Shown here: positions 1 to 12,801 of the stretch, piece after piece | Layout: every line of letters starts with the position of its first letter | Numbering within the stretch: the first letter of the stretch is position 1 | Source: Rebecca billardiae RCC1528 | Taxonomy: Eukaryota; Protista; Haptophyta | Direction: 5' to 3' | Assembly (NCBI GenBank): GCA_965240325.2 | Contig: OZ251247.1 | Span: 620,001-684,000, forward strand | DNA: 64,000 nt | Notes under the pieces: generated by a model | The model's database searches: none | What the model saw: the letters and a program-made list of their open reading frames with translations, nothing else | Told to the model about the DNA's origin: nothing | Position numbers and translations under genes: made by a program

Positions 1-1023
1 GTTTGCGATGGCGCGGGCGTGGCGGTGGCGCCGCGTGCCGCGGCAGCGGCTGCCGCCGAGCGGCCGCCGCCCCGCGGCCGCGCGTGCGAGCGCGAGTCGC
101 CGAGCGCTGGCGCCGCTGCGGACGCCGCCGCCGCTGCCGCCGCCGCGCCGCGGCCGGCTCGCGCGCCGAGCCAGGTGCAGCCCGCGCCAAACCCGAACCC
201 GAACCCGAACCCGAGTCCGAACCCGAGCCAGGTGCAGCCCGCGCCGACGGCGGTGGCGGCCGAGGCGAGGGTTAGGGTCAACCCTACCCCTAACCCTAAC
301 CCTAACCCTAACCCTAAGCCGGCGGGGGCGGGGGCGGCACTGTCCGCCAGCGCCGCCGGCCGCGCCGCCAGCGCCGGCCGCCGGCGCTCGGCTGACTCGT
401 CGGCAACCGCCGTCTCGCCCGCCGCTCGCGGCTCCGATGGCGCCGCCGCCGCCGCCGCCGCCGCGGCTGGCTCGGCGGTGGCGGGCGGCGCGCGCCGGCT
501 CACGCCGCGCCCCGCGTGTGCGGGCGGCGCTGGGCACACGCCCGCCGCCGCGCGGCCGCTGCGCCCCAGTTCCGGCAGTGTAGCCTCCGGAGCGGGCGGC
601 GGTGGCGGTGGCGGCTCCGCGCACGCGCCGCCGCCGCCGCCGCCGCCGAGCGCGCTGCTCGCGGCCTTCGACTTCGATTCCGCGGACGCGGACGGCGGCG
701 CACTCTGCGGGTGGGGTGGCGGCGGCGGCGCGGCCGGCGGCAGCCGCGGCAGCCTCTTCCCGGACGGGCCGGACTGGGGCGGCGGTGGCGCGCTGGGAGG
801 GTGGGGCGCCGAGGGCGCTGTGGGCGCCAGCGCCGGCGGCGACGGAGGCGGCGGTCCCGGAGGCGGCGGCGCCAGCCTCGCCGCCGCCGCCGCCGCCGCC
901 GCCGCCATCGTCACCCGCGCCGCGCACGGCGTGCCGCTGCCGCAGGGCGGCGGCGGTGGCGGTGGCGTGCCCGGCGGTGCCGGGCCGCCCGGTGGTGGCG
1001 CTGCGCCCTCGCCGCTGACGTAG
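1..1023 (+). CDS. 3' part of a low-complexity Ala/Gly/Pro-rich protein (5'-truncated by window edge; probable introns 175-231 and 271-318)
   Basis: Frame +1 is open to TAG at 1021-1023, with a non-repetitive patch LLAAFDFDSADADGGALCGW...SLFPDGPDW. Two GT..AG segments filled with telomere-like repeats have lengths divisible by 3. No domain recognised. Confidence 0.45.
   Translation, partial: VCDGAGVAVAPRAAAAAAAERPPPRGRACERESPSAGAAADAAAAAAAAPRPARAPSQVQPAPNPNPNPNPSPNPSQVQPAPTAVAAEARVRVNPTPNPNPNPNPKPAGAGAALSASAAGRAASAGRRRSADSSATAVSPAARGSDGAAAAAAAAAGSAVAGGARRLTPRPACAGGAGHTPAAARPLRPSSGSVASGAGGGGGGGSAHAPPPPPPPSALLAAFDFDSADADGGALCGWGGGGGAAGGSRGSLFPDGPDWGGGGALGGWGAEGAVGASAGGDGGGGPGGGGASLAAAAAAAAAIVTRAAHGVPLPQGGGGGGGVPGGAGPPGGGAAPSPLT
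166..318 (+). repeat. Interstitial telomere-like repeats (AACCCG)n and (AACCCT)n inside two putative short introns
   Basis: aacccg array 189-226 lies between two copies of the 23-bp repeat CCGAGCCAGGTGCAGCCCGCGCC (166-188, 223-245). gttagggt followed by (ccctaa)n occupies 271-318. Confidence 0.85.
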
Positions 1024-3608
1024 CGCGGGCGTTCAGCGGAGCATCCAGCGGGCGCTGGCGGCATGATATATGGCGCGCGCACTTGTCAGACGGAGTGCCT
1101 CGTCCGCGCCGCTCCTCGCCGGCCGGCGGCGGGCCTGGTGGGCCTGTCGTTTTATTATACGCTGATATGATGATGACGACGCGAGAGCCCATATATCGTC
1201 GTCAAATTGGCGATCGATGATGCATGACATTCGCCGTATAATATATATATATATATATAGCGCGTCGCGCCGCGTTTCTGAAAGGCTTGGCTTGCGAGCC
1301 GGCGAGATCGACACGCGGAGGACAAAAGAAAATCATATTCCTGCTTCGTCGCACCAATAGACTAAACGAAGATCGGACGGAGATCGTGGTCTTCAGATGC
1401 AAGACCTGGAAGCCCCCCTTGGGAGTTTTCAGTTGGGGCTCTCAACGCGGCCCGGCGAGGCGGACTTCTTAGGATTCTGAGGATCCTAGAGCACGGGCGG
1501 CCGGCGGGCGAGCACACGACGCCGCCCTGCGGCGGGGAGCCGTCCGCGCCGTGCACGCTCACTGGCACCCACGTCTCCTCCGCCGCGCTGCTCGCCTCCC
1601 GTCCACGTCGTCTGACCGACGCCCGTCGGCACGTGACGTTCACGTTGCCCACGTCGCGCTCTCAGTGGGAGCGCGACGAGCACGCCGCTGCCCGCACCCT
1701 TCGATGCTTTCCTCTTCGCATCGGGCGCGCTCGTGCTGTGGAGCCTGCGCGTGCAGGAGGAGGAGCTCTTTCTCAATCAACGTCGTGCGCGCCCGCCTTC
1801 ATTCACGCTGCGCCGCGCGGAGGGGGAGAGCGCGCGCGGCTGGGCGCCCGCTCGGCCGGCTGCTGGGCTCGCGCAAGTCGGAAGTTCCGGCGCTCGACCT
1901 GACGCTCCCCAGCGAGGAGGCCGAACAGATGGATGTCCCAGCTGCGGCTCACTGTGAGAGCAGCTTGTGGGAGCGGGCTCCTGCACGGCACGGTTTGTAA
2001 ACAAGGTTGTCGACGCCCAGGGTGGGCTGGCTGCGGTGAAGCTCAGGGCGTCCACCGACACCAGCGCAGCCAGGCGTGAGGCCCGCCTTCTCAGGAAGCA
2101 CAGGTACGCGTCCAAGGCGTTGCCTGGATGCAGCATGCAGCTCACGAGTGCGGCCTCGTCGCCCGCCGCACGGTGCGCCGTTCTACGCGGCCATGAACTC
2201 GTACGGAGGCACTCGCGGCGTACGCGGGTACGGTGGGGAGGGCAAGCACAGACTATGGAATTGTCATGTCTTATCACTCTGGCATCGAATCCAAGGTCAG
2301 CCCGGGCAGCACGCTCGCGGCAGTGCACGCCGCTGGGTTCACCAAATCGGCCGAGGCCCGTGCAGACTCGTGACGATGCCGAGTTGGCGAGTTATTGCAG
2401 CGCCGGTGCGCACGGCGCCCCGCGTCAAAGGGAATTGAGTCAAAGGCCCGACGACTCTTGGGAGCTTGGCACTAGACGGACGACAGCGCGGTGGGCGTCG
2501 TCGTCACTCTGCTGCCCGCCAGTCACTCAATATACAGATGACGATCATCATCAGAGCATGCAGTCACCGCGTGTCGAACTATCGCGATTGGCGAGTGCCG
2601 CCGCCGGACCAGACTCATGTCCCATCACGGGATTACGGTGCCGCATCACGTCTCGGACGGATACTCGGATCTAGCAGTAGCAATAGCGCCAGCAATTCAT
2701 CTACGACTTCTAGCGCCGGTCCGACCGGCGGCGGAGACGTTCCGCCGGCGGCGACAGAAGTGGTGACGCCGCCCGCACTGATGGCGCAGCGCCCGGATCT
2801 GACACTGACTTCTGAGTCGGACTCGGATCGGGATGAGGAATTCAGGAAGTAGGTGAACAACGACGAGTAATAATAACGGGCTAACAAGTGCGCGCGCGGG
2901 CCCGACGTCGGATGAGTCGTCGGAACGAATAGGCGGAATAACGTCCTGGAATCGGCACGACTCGGCGGCGCGCCACGGCCCGCCGGTACTAAGACTACAC
3001 GGTCCGATAGTTATACCGCCGTTATTATAGCAGTACGTACGCGGCCGTATAGTCGACGACCGGTAGTCGTCGTCGCCGAGCGATCATTCGCGGCGAATCA
3101 ACACGCGCGGCTCACCGCCCGGCAAAACAAGCGTTGCACTCCACGCTGTGATCCTCTGGCCCGGTCTTGAGGACGTCGCCGCATAACTCCATCAGCTCAA
3201 ATGCGACCTGCGGGAGGTGAAAACGGCACATGCCGCGGACGCCAGGCCCGAACGACATGATGAGCTTGCCCGCCGCGGACCGGCCCGCCACCACCCTTTT
3301 GATGTGCATCCGGCCGATCGACTGCGCAGCGAGTCTGGCCACGCAGAGGCAGCGTCGTGAAAGGCGTCGCCATCGTCTTCATCCATGTCACCGTCACCGT
3401 CGCAAGAGCCGTGGTGAGCGCCTATAGGAAGGCCGGCGACCCCAACCTGCGGCGCGACGCAAGCCCGGCGGGCCTGCCGTGTACAGTACAGTGGCCGGGC
3501 CCGCATCACAGAGCTGCAGTGTTGGTCGGCTGGAGTTGAATACGATGCCTGGTCTTTCAGCCCATCTTCCAATCCCCAATCCCACTTGAGTTGCGACCAT
3601 CGCCAGCC

Positions 3609-4325
3609 CAAGGGCCGTAAGGGCACCCAACTCCCAGTGCGGAGGTTGGGGCGCCTCTGTTGTGCTCGCCTCCGTGAGTGCCCGCGGTGAGTGGCCCGTC
3701 GCCGAAGACGCGGGAGGCGAGGGTGCGGGCATGACGGGGCGCCGCGGCGGGCGGCGCGCGGCGGGCGGCGCGCGGCGGGCGAGGCGGACAGTGCTGATGG
3801 CGAGGCGGAGGTGGAGGCGGAGGTGGGGGCGAGCCGAGCGCAGCTCGGCTGAGGCCACCGGACGCGCGACGAGTCGAGCAGCCGACCGCCGGGAACGGAA
3901 GTGCGTCAGGCGGACATGGAGGCTGCCCGTAGGGGCCTACAAGCCAAAGTGCGGGCGGGCGCCCACGCTTGCCCCTGCGTGCCCGGTGCAAGCAGCCCGA
4001 GCGCTCCGTTTGCTGCTGGCGCGCACGGCACGAGTGAGCTCGCGCGCCGCGTTGGCAACTGCCGATTGCACGGGCCGAGAGGCGAAAGAGGCGAGCCTGG
4101 CGGACTCACGCGCGTGTCAGGAGAGCCTTGACCCGCGCCGCTCAGCGGCGAGCCGTCCGGGTTCGGCATCGCCGCCAGTCATCCAGGCAGAGCGCTCGAC
4201 GTCGCGCCCTCGCGCAGCGTTTGAAGCACGCCGGCCGGACGCGAGTCGCGAGGCCACGAGACAGACAGAGGCACCTCAACCTCCGAGCTGGCCGCACTGG
4301 GAGTTGGGTGCCCTTACGGCCCTTG
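3609..4325. mobile_element. MITE with CAAGG termini and 7-bp TSD (P-element-like)
   Basis: 34-bp perfect TIR CAAGGGCCGTAAGGGCACCCAACTCCCAGTGCGG (3609-3642; reverse complement 4292-4325), extending imperfectly inward. TSD GCCAGCC at 3602-3608 and 4326-4332. Confidence 0.85.
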
Positions 4326-4829
4326 GCCAGCCGCCGTCTTCGCCATCAGCGTCGGCGGCTAGCTGCCTTGAACCTCACGGAGCCAGCGAGCCAGCGGCTC
4401 CCCTTCGCTTTGACGCGCTCTACTCGAGTCTCGACCCGAAGCCCTTCCGCTCGCAAGCGATCTCGTCCAGGCCTCGTGGAGGTGGAGAAGGACACAAAAA
4501 AGGAGCGAAGATTGCTGAGATGCTAAGGAGATTGCGGCCAAGCCATCATGCCTTCCGGGATGACCATTGGCTCGTTTTCTTCCTGATTCCAGTCTTTCGC
4601 CTGATGGTATTGAGATAATATGTCTCACTTTGGCGACCGCTCATTTTTCGATCCCCCCCCAACCGACCAATGGGAAGGCGGAGCCGCGACTCGCTCTGAA
4701 AATGCGTGAATTGTTTCGCGGTCTGGCGGACCGGCCCGTGGAAAAACGCAGCGTATATCATGTCGGTTGCGCTCCGCTGCCGCCCGCGCGCGCTGCTAAA
4801 ATTCATCATCATCATATCATATTCGCTTA

Positions 4830-7464
4830 CACAGTGCCGGAATAAACTGCTCAGGGTGACGTTTTAAGTTGTCCGCACCACTAGTCGAATCATCGGACAA
4901 TTCTGAAGCGGTGCGCCTAAATTCGGCGCACCATAGGCGCGTCGAATCGTGGCACAGACCTTGGTAGCAGGCCACACCTGAGCGCGCTGCGCGCGCCGAC
5001 GCGCGCTCGGCGCGGGCAAAAAATCATGCGCCGTTGGCATTACGCAGCCCCGCGCAGCGCTGTGCTCGAGCTCGGCGGCGGCGAAAGCGGGCGGGCGCAC
5101 ACGGCGGTGCGCGTGCGCGCTGCTCCGAGCGCAGCTGCGGCCACCCCGGCGGCATACTGCCGGTCGAGGGCACGAAAACCGATTTTTCGGGAAAATGCAG
5201 AGCAGCGGCGCCCGAGCGCGCCCGAGCTCGTCGCAGCACAGTCTCCTGGTGGCTGCGCCCCGTGAAGCCACGCCACGCGGGGCGCTGGCGTGCGCGTGGC
5301 CTGCGCCCACCGTGCGCTGCCCGATCATGGCCGTCGACCGCTCCGAGCGCCTCACCACGCGTGCTCGAGCCCACCGATACTGACGCCCGAGCACGGTGCC
5401 GGCAGCGCTCGCAGGTGGGCGTCGGAGAAAACACGCCGGCCGAACGAGCTTGAAGCGTCCGCCGCGATGCCAACGGCAGCGGACGACGTGCGCGCCACCT
5501 CGGCGCCAGTCGCCCAGCCCTTGCGCGGCGGTGCGGGCTCGCTCGTTCGCCGCCATCAGCTGCGCGCGCGCAGCCCGATCACTGCCCGCTGGTTCTGTTG
5601 TCGAGCAGCTGCGGCCTGCCACGCGCACTGCCGGACATTGAGCCACAGCGCGAGCACGCGCCTCGTCTGGCACGCGCGAGCACTCAGCATCGTGCGTGGC
5701 CACCATGACGCGCCCATCTGCGCCAGCAGCGATGAGCACGCCGCCGTTCAGCTCGCATCGGGCTCGCTCGCGACGCAGCAACGCGCGGCCGTAGCGGCAG
5801 CAGCGGCGCCGTCGAGCACGCGCAGCAAACAAATATGCAGCGCGGGCGAGTCGACGGTCTGGAAAATGCGCGATCACGCCACAGCAGGCTGGCAGAGCCC
5901 GCCCGAGCTGCAGCATGCCGTAGGTGCTGCCCCAAGCTCTCGACTGCCCGTAAGCGGCGGCATGTGCGGCGGCGCCGGCGGCGGCCATGCTGCCACGCCG
6001 TTGCGCGCCGCGGGGCGCCGTCGGCACCTCCGTGGTGAAGCGCACAGAGCTCGAGCCCACGGGGGCTGGCGACCGTCAAACCGACACCCCATGACGCGGG
6101 GCTGCGTGCGCCAGCTGCGCGCACTCCGTGGGCCCACCTAGCCCGCTCGAGCAGCTCGCCTTGGGTGCGCGCAGCGGCTCGAGCACACTGGTATGGGACG
6201 CCTGCCTGCGGTGCCGCCGAGCACATGCGGCCGACGGTCACTCAGCACGGGCGACTCGACGGCGGCGAGCAGGCGCGACGGCCTCGCCGCGCCGCGGAAA
6301 AGCCTGCCCGGGCTGCAGCACGCCGTAGGAGCAGCCCAGCGCCCTCCTCCGCCCTCCAGCTTCGGCGCGCGCAGCAGGCCCGGCGGCGGCCATGCTGGCG
6401 TGCCCAAGCATGAAGATGGGCGCGGCCGGCCGCGCCGTCGCAAAGCGCGCAGAACTCGAGCTCGGGGGGGCGGACGGCCGCCAAACTGGCGCGGCAGGAC
6501 GTGGCACTGCGTGCGCCAGCTGCGCGCACCCGCTGCGCCCGCGTGGCCCGTGCGAGCGCCGCGCCTCGAGCACACGCAGCTGCTCGACACAGCCACGGCA
6601 GTGTGGCTTGTGCGCGTGCACGTGATCAGTCTCAGCTCTGAGGCGCGCGCTCAGGAGGGCTGCGGCCGGGCCGAGCGCGATCTGCGCGGACGGTACAGCC
6701 TGGCGGCTCATGCCAGCCAGCCCAAAGCCCGCTCCGCCATCCGCGTCATGGCGCTCCAGCCTCTCGCGTGCTGCGCTGCAGCCGCGCTCGGCAAAGACGT
6801 CGCCCAGCCCGCCTTGCACGCGGCTGAGCAGTGGCAGCCAGGCGAAGCGTCGTCGCGGGCGAGGCTGCGCTGGGTGATGCGGCTCGGGTCGGTGGGCAAG
6901 TCGCACCCCGCCGTCGGTCGCCTCCACGCCTCAGGCTCGCTCGAGGTCAAAGACAACTGCGCGGCGCGGCGTTTGCGCGGGCGGGCCGCGGGCGTGGCGG
7001 GGTGTACGCGTGCAATGTCACAGCCTCCCACACAATTTCAGGAGGGTGAGACGCACCGCCAGCGGCACCCGCACACAATCCCACCCTGCGCGAGCCACCT
7101 GCCGTTTCGACTGAAGCATCAGGCTCGGGCGCAACCGCGGGCGGCGCATGCAAGAAGCTCGCGAAACGCACCGCGCGCGCCGTGAGGGCGAAAGGAGAGC
7201 ACCCGTCAGGGCGGCGAGGAACTTGCCCAGCGCCACGCGGAAGACGACCCCAGCCCGCGTCGACGCATAGTCGGGCCTGCGAGCAGCCTCGTCGGTCTTC
7301 GCCGAGTAGATCGCGCCGCGAGCCGAGGCACCGCTCGTTTGAGGCTCCGTCCGCCGCGAAGTCGCGGCTTCCACCCGAGTTCCACTGTCCGGCCGAGACC
7401 GGATTCGCTGACTCGAGCTGCGGACCGTCCGAAGCGTCACGGAAAATTCCAATCCTGCACTGTG
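4830..7464. mobile_element. Non-autonomous CMC/EnSpm-like DNA transposon, CACAGTG termini, TA TSD
   Basis: Left end TA|CACAGTGCCGGAAT...GTGACG; right end (reverse complement) TA|CACAGTGCAGGATT...GTGACG. Internal degenerate ~400-bp-period duplication (about 5890-6140 vs 6295-6550). No credible ORF. Confidence 0.65.
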
Positions 7465-7478
7465 TATTTAAAATAGCA

Positions 7479-7699
<221 letters not shown>

Positions 7700-7919
7700 T
7701 TTCAGTGATGCTCAGACACACAGGAAGCCGCATGATGGATCTCGAGCTCGGAGAGCAGCGTCCGAGCACCACAGGCACTGACTGGCAGCCCGAGAGCCGA
7801 CCGGCGGGTGACGTCCTTCACCCCGCCTGATGCGGTACCGCTTGCGGCACCATACCGCAGCGATACGAGCACCTCAGAGGCGAACTGAGCACCCCTCAAA
7901 ACTTTGCTTCTGGGCGTGC

Positions 7920-9078
7920 TCGAACACTAGCTCGTTTGGCACTCCGTTTGGACGCCGTGGCACCGGAGAAGGGGGAGGGCGGCGGCGATGAGGCTCGGGT
8001 GGCCCACGAACATGCGCGCTCACGAAGATGCCTCTCAGCCATCGCGCGCCCTCTCGCGGCGTCCACCTGCCCGCCGAGCACGCACCCGCGGGGGCGAACC
8101 CATCTTTGCTTCGTATCCCCTTACCGCAGTTCAATCTGCTTCGTATGGAAGCAGATTTGACGGCGGCCGCTGCGCGCGCTTTGCGGCCCACCCACGCGCG
8201 CCTGGGCGTTGAACACGGCTTGAGAGTGCCCAGGCATGGTCTAGCTACCCTCAGACAGCCGCCAGCCTAGTACCTCCAGCTTCACCGCCTCCACGATGGC
8301 AACGCGCGGCGGCGCCGAGCTGCCGTCGTGCTGGCTGGGCGCTCGTGACTGGCCCGCGACACCCGGCTGCACTCCTTGCAGCCGCTTCAAGCACGTGGGC
8401 GACCGACAAAGATGATTGTAGACAGTGTACATACTGCGCGCGTTACTCTGCGCGCGTTCGCATGACCGATCACGTTGAAAGTGCCCACCAGCCAGCCGCG
8501 CGGGACACGCTGAGGCACGGGTCGGGCTCCTTCCTTGCGGCACGCCGCACGCAGTGTGTACACCGAGTGCAAGTCAGGCAGGCGCTTCGCGGGAGTGGTG
8601 GTATCGCTTCTTCGCTTGCCCTGGCGTCGATCGCAGGCGCGACGCGCGTACCCCTCGCAAGTACACCCTCCTCGTGCTCAGTGTCACTCGCGCGGAGCCC
8701 ACGGTGAGGGATCTTGAGCTCGAGGTGCAGCGTACGAGCCTACGGGCGCTGAGTAGCAGCCTGCCGACCGGCGCACGGGTGACGACCGTCATCCATTACG
8801 TTATTATACCCCTCCCAGCCTCACGCCGCAGCCTGACGATCACCTCCGCAGCGGTTTGAGCACCATTCCAAATCTGCTTCGTGGCATGTTCAAACGCTCG
8901 TTTGGCACTCCGTCTGGACGCCGTGGCACGGGAGAAGGGGAAGGGCGGTGGCAGCGAGGCTCGGGTCATCGATGGGTATGGTCCCAAAGATGCCCCCAAG
9001 CGTGCGCGCGCCCGCTCGCGCCGTCTACCTGCGCGCCCAGCGCTCCCACGCCGCCGCCCACCCAAATCTGCTTCGTAT
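7920..9078 (+). repeat. Degenerate ~200-bp direct repeat pair (about 7920-8116 and 8885-9078), both ending in TGCTTCGTAT
   Basis: ctcgtttggcactccgt(t/c)tggacgccgtggcac(c/g)ggagaagggg(g/a)agggcgg(c/t)ggc...gaggctcgggt is shared by both copies. Confidence 0.75.
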
Positions 9079-12000
9079 CACAGTGGCACCGGAAGGGCCG
9101 ATGTTGCGGATAAGCCTTTTCGTCGCCCCGGCGCTCCCCCAGTGGGAAAAATGATTTTCCGTGGTTTTCACGATGGCCGCCGTCCAACCTGGCCTCGGCC
9201 GGCGGACGCCTCTCGAACGGACTTCGCTGGCTCGCGCGAAGTCGCCGTCGACGGTGTGGTGCGAGTCGCGCGACGGCCCGCGCGCGATGAGGAGTGCGCC
9301 GCGCGCCGTGCGCGCTTACCACAAGCCCTGCCCCTCCACCCCGCCCAAATCGCCCGCGCAGAGTGCCACCTCTCTCGACTCGCTCAGGTCACATGCCCGC
9401 CTCGGGCACGGACGGGCGTGCTCAAACACGGTGCACGACTTTGGGCAGGCGGGGCTCGTGAACCTAATAAGTCATTGTCTGGCGAGACGCTGCACGATGG
9501 GCGGGGTGCCCCTGGTCTATACGGATATGCCATGGACGTACAGGGTTTCGGACCTCCTCATCATGTGAGCTGGCCACGATGCCCGGCGGCACGTCCTCGG
9601 TCGTGCCCGCTGGCAGCTGCTCCCGCGACCCGCGCGCACAGCTGCGTGTGATTCATCGCGCGGACACCTGCGCGATCGCGTGTCTGGCGCATGCCTACAC
9701 CAGTGGGTCTCTCTGCAGGGCCGTTGCGTTCCGGTACGGTCACCCGCTGGCGCAGCAGGGCCGCTTTTCAGGTGTCGATGGCTCCGATCGGCACGGCGCG
9801 AGCGACTCTCCACGACTTTGGGCAGCCCTTGCCGACGAAGCCAATACGAGTGTACCTGACCGCGCGCGCGCTGATGATAGCGGGTGTGATGCTGCACGGC
9901 GTCGCAGCGGGCTGCCACGCCTGGAGCATCCTGCGGCACGTTCCAACCGGATGCGCGCGCTGCGGCATGCGCTCACGTGTGCGCGAGCACGCCCACCACA
10001 CCTGCCTGCGCGACGCGCGCGCAGGCGATACCGATGCTTCCAGTGGGCAAGGGGGCGATCGTGTGGACGCGGCAAGATGTCTGTGCCTACGAGCCTCTCG
10101 TGGCGCCCACGACACATCCGTTTGGCAGACCGTCGAGCAGCAGTGTGATCGCAGCAGGTGCTTTGCGTTTGCTCGGTGACGACGCAGTACGACCGCCAAT
10201 CTGAGCTCAAGCACTGCTGTGGTCGACGAGCTGCGCGGCGAAGCGTGCGCGCGAGCCACGCGTGTGCTTGCATTGGCCTGTGACTCAACGACTTCGAGCG
10301 GGTGGCTTGGAACGCGCTTTCTGTATCCGCTGCGGCCACGCGCAGGTCGGCGCATCGCTTCGGGGCGCGAGGAGCTGTGATCTCGACAAACAAGCGAGCT
10401 GCCTGCCCACTGCACGCCCGCGCTCGCGCCAACGGCTGCTGCCGCTCACCAGCCCGGCCAGTTGGCAGTTCGGGCGGTAAGACCAGCCACTTGCCGCGCG
10501 TGGCCCATCATTGGCCGCCGCCCGTCTCATCAGCACCGCGCGGCCGCCTCCGGTGCCGCGCCCCGGGGCCGGCCCGGATACGTCAGCACCGCGGACTGCA
10601 GCACCGCCGGCTTATCGTCCGATGACATCGCCGGGCGATGACTCACCGCTCGACGCCGACTGACAGTCACTCTACTGCTGGCGCCAGTCATCTCCGATCA
10701 GCAGTCGTCGTCCGTCCGCTATATCGTCTCATCATCAGTACCCGGCCGCCGCGCGGCCGATTCACTACTCATATCGTCTGCGCGGCGTCACTACTACTGC
10801 TGCGCTGCTCGGATGATTCCGATCTCGCCGCATCTCGCGGACCGTCCGAGATGACATCTGACGCGCGCCGCGCGCGCGCGGGGGGTGCGCGGCCCGATAT
10901 GCGCGGATCGCCGGCGGCCGGCGGCGGGGCCGGCGGCGGGGCCGCCGCTCGGCCGCGCCGCGCTCCCGCGCCGTATATCGTCAGAGTCGTACGACGCGAC
11001 ATATGAGCCCCCAGCACGGCGCGCCGGCCTCGACGACCGTATGTGATGGGCTGCTCATTGTCTGTTCCACGTCCAGCTGCGCGACTCGTATGATGCGCGC
11101 CGGTCGCGGCCCACCCGAACGGCCGCGATGACGCTCCGGGCCGTCCAAGCCGTCAGACTCCGATAGTATAGTCGGTGGCACGGCATCCGCCTGCCGGCGC
11201 GCGCGGTATACCCAAATCAGTCTGCCCGGTGCGACTGCTGCTCCCTCTGCGGCAGTCGCCTGGATCGATCATCGGGGCCGCCGCGCGCCGCCGCCCACGC
11301 TGCGCGGCGTGCAGCTGCACTCGCCGCCGCGCGCCGGGCTCAGCGCCACGCGTCAGCGTTCGCCGCCGATGCCCACGCTGCGTGACGCGCACCTCGCACG
11401 GCTGTGGCGGCGCGGGCCGAGCCGCGCACGCGCACGCTCGCAGCCACCGCCCACGCTCTGCGGCGTGCAGCACTCGGCGCCGCCGCGCGCCGGGCTCGGC
11501 GCCGCGCGTCAGCATTCGCCGCCCAAAGGCCTTGCACACGCGCCCAACCGATGCCGATGGTTGAAGCCGTCCCTAAAGCACCCTCGCCAGCGTCCCATCC
11601 CGGCCACGAGCTAGCGTGCCACCGAGCAGCGTCGCAGCCGCGCGGCGCGCGGCTCAGCTGCCCGCCCGGCCCGGGCGCTGCTGCGAGCTCGCACGCCCAT
11701 CGCCGCGGGCTCGAGCGGAGCCCTCCGGCAGCGAGGCCTTGCATACACGCCCAGACGATGCCGATGCTTGCAATCACTCCTCCGACGCACTCGCCGGCGG
11801 CCGATCGCGGCCGTCAGCCAGCGTGCCACCGGCACGCTTGATGAGTGGGTCACGGCCGTCGACAAGCACCGGTGCCCACTGCTCAGCATGCCGACATCCG
11901 TAGACCCAGATGCACTCCAGAAGAGCGACGCTCGGGGCGTCACGATAAGCATAGATACCACTGGGACTGATCCCCACCCATCTAGCTCCATCCTGCGCTT

Positions 12001-12320
12001 GCTAAGCCCTCGGAAGTGGTTGCACGCGCCTCGCGTGCAACATGTCGACCGCGAGTCGCAATCGCGCCTTGCGCACGGCGCCCAAGGACGGCTAAGACGG
12101 CGACGAGGTGGGTCTGGGCGGGCTTCCTCCGCCTGCCGGGACCCGTGCGCCTTGCCCCCGCGCACGAGCGCCGGCCGGCGACCGCTCACGTGGCCGTCAG
12201 AATTTTTCCGCGGCGGTCGCCGTGCGTGCACGGGTTATCCGCAATCGCCATCGTTCCGGTGCCACTGTGATAGAAGCAGACTGCGGTAAGGGGCTAATAG
12301 AAGCAACCTGCGGTAAGGGG
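8117..12320. mobile_element. Non-autonomous TIR element with CCCCTTACCGCAG termini and AT TSD (host of the 9079-12269 element)
   Basis: AT|CCCCTTACCGCAG at 8117-8129 and CTGCGGTAAGGGG|AT at 12308-12320. A second CTGCGGTAAGGGG copy is at 12281-12293. Confidence 0.6.
9079..12269. mobile_element. Non-autonomous CMC/EnSpm-like DNA transposon, CACAGTG termini, AT TSD
   Basis: 16-bp perfect TIR CACAGTGGCACCGGAA plus a shared inner TTGCGGATAA motif. TSD AT at 9077-9078 and 12270-12271. Removing the element rebuilds the hairpin ctgcttcgtat(a/g)gaagcag seen intact at about 8137-8154. Degenerate subterminal repeats at about 11280-11830. Confidence 0.85.
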
Positions 12321-12801
12321 ATATAGCATGCATCTTCGTCCGGTCGTACATCGTTCGCGTCATCGAAGTCGTGTATGCCCCGGACCAGCGCGGAAACACT
12401 TGGTCATCGCCTACCCCCATACCCATATACTATACCGCAGACGCAGCAATCATATCGTCAGGCACCCCCCCTGCTGAAGATGCGTGCATGCTGTATTTGT
12501 ACATAGCTGCTTGCGTGCTGCTGTTGCTTGCATGGCGCGTGCCTTTACCTACTCCGATAGCCATTATTGCCTTACTTATAGCAATGCGCATGCAAAAGTA
12601 GCAATACTGCGCCTGCCGGGCGCATGCAATAGTAGCCAGGCGCCGGCGCCGACGGCGCCCGCGGGTCCCCAGAAGTAGTGTGGAACAACTTGGTGGAATG
12701 ATGAGCAGCGCCCGTCGAGCCCGTGAAGCCAAGCCAAGGGCCGTGCTGAAGCGTCGCTTGGTGGGGAGGGCGCCGCGAAGACCCCCCAGCATCGCCTTGT
12801 C

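Noticed and set aside
271-318. Chromosome end
   Set aside because: Short, internal, mixed-orientation repeats within a reading frame.
1258-4798. TAG-ended transposon with a degenerate transposase
   Set aside because: The ends match only loosely and no catalytic motif is recognisable. Likely TE debris, but not supportable as a defined feature.
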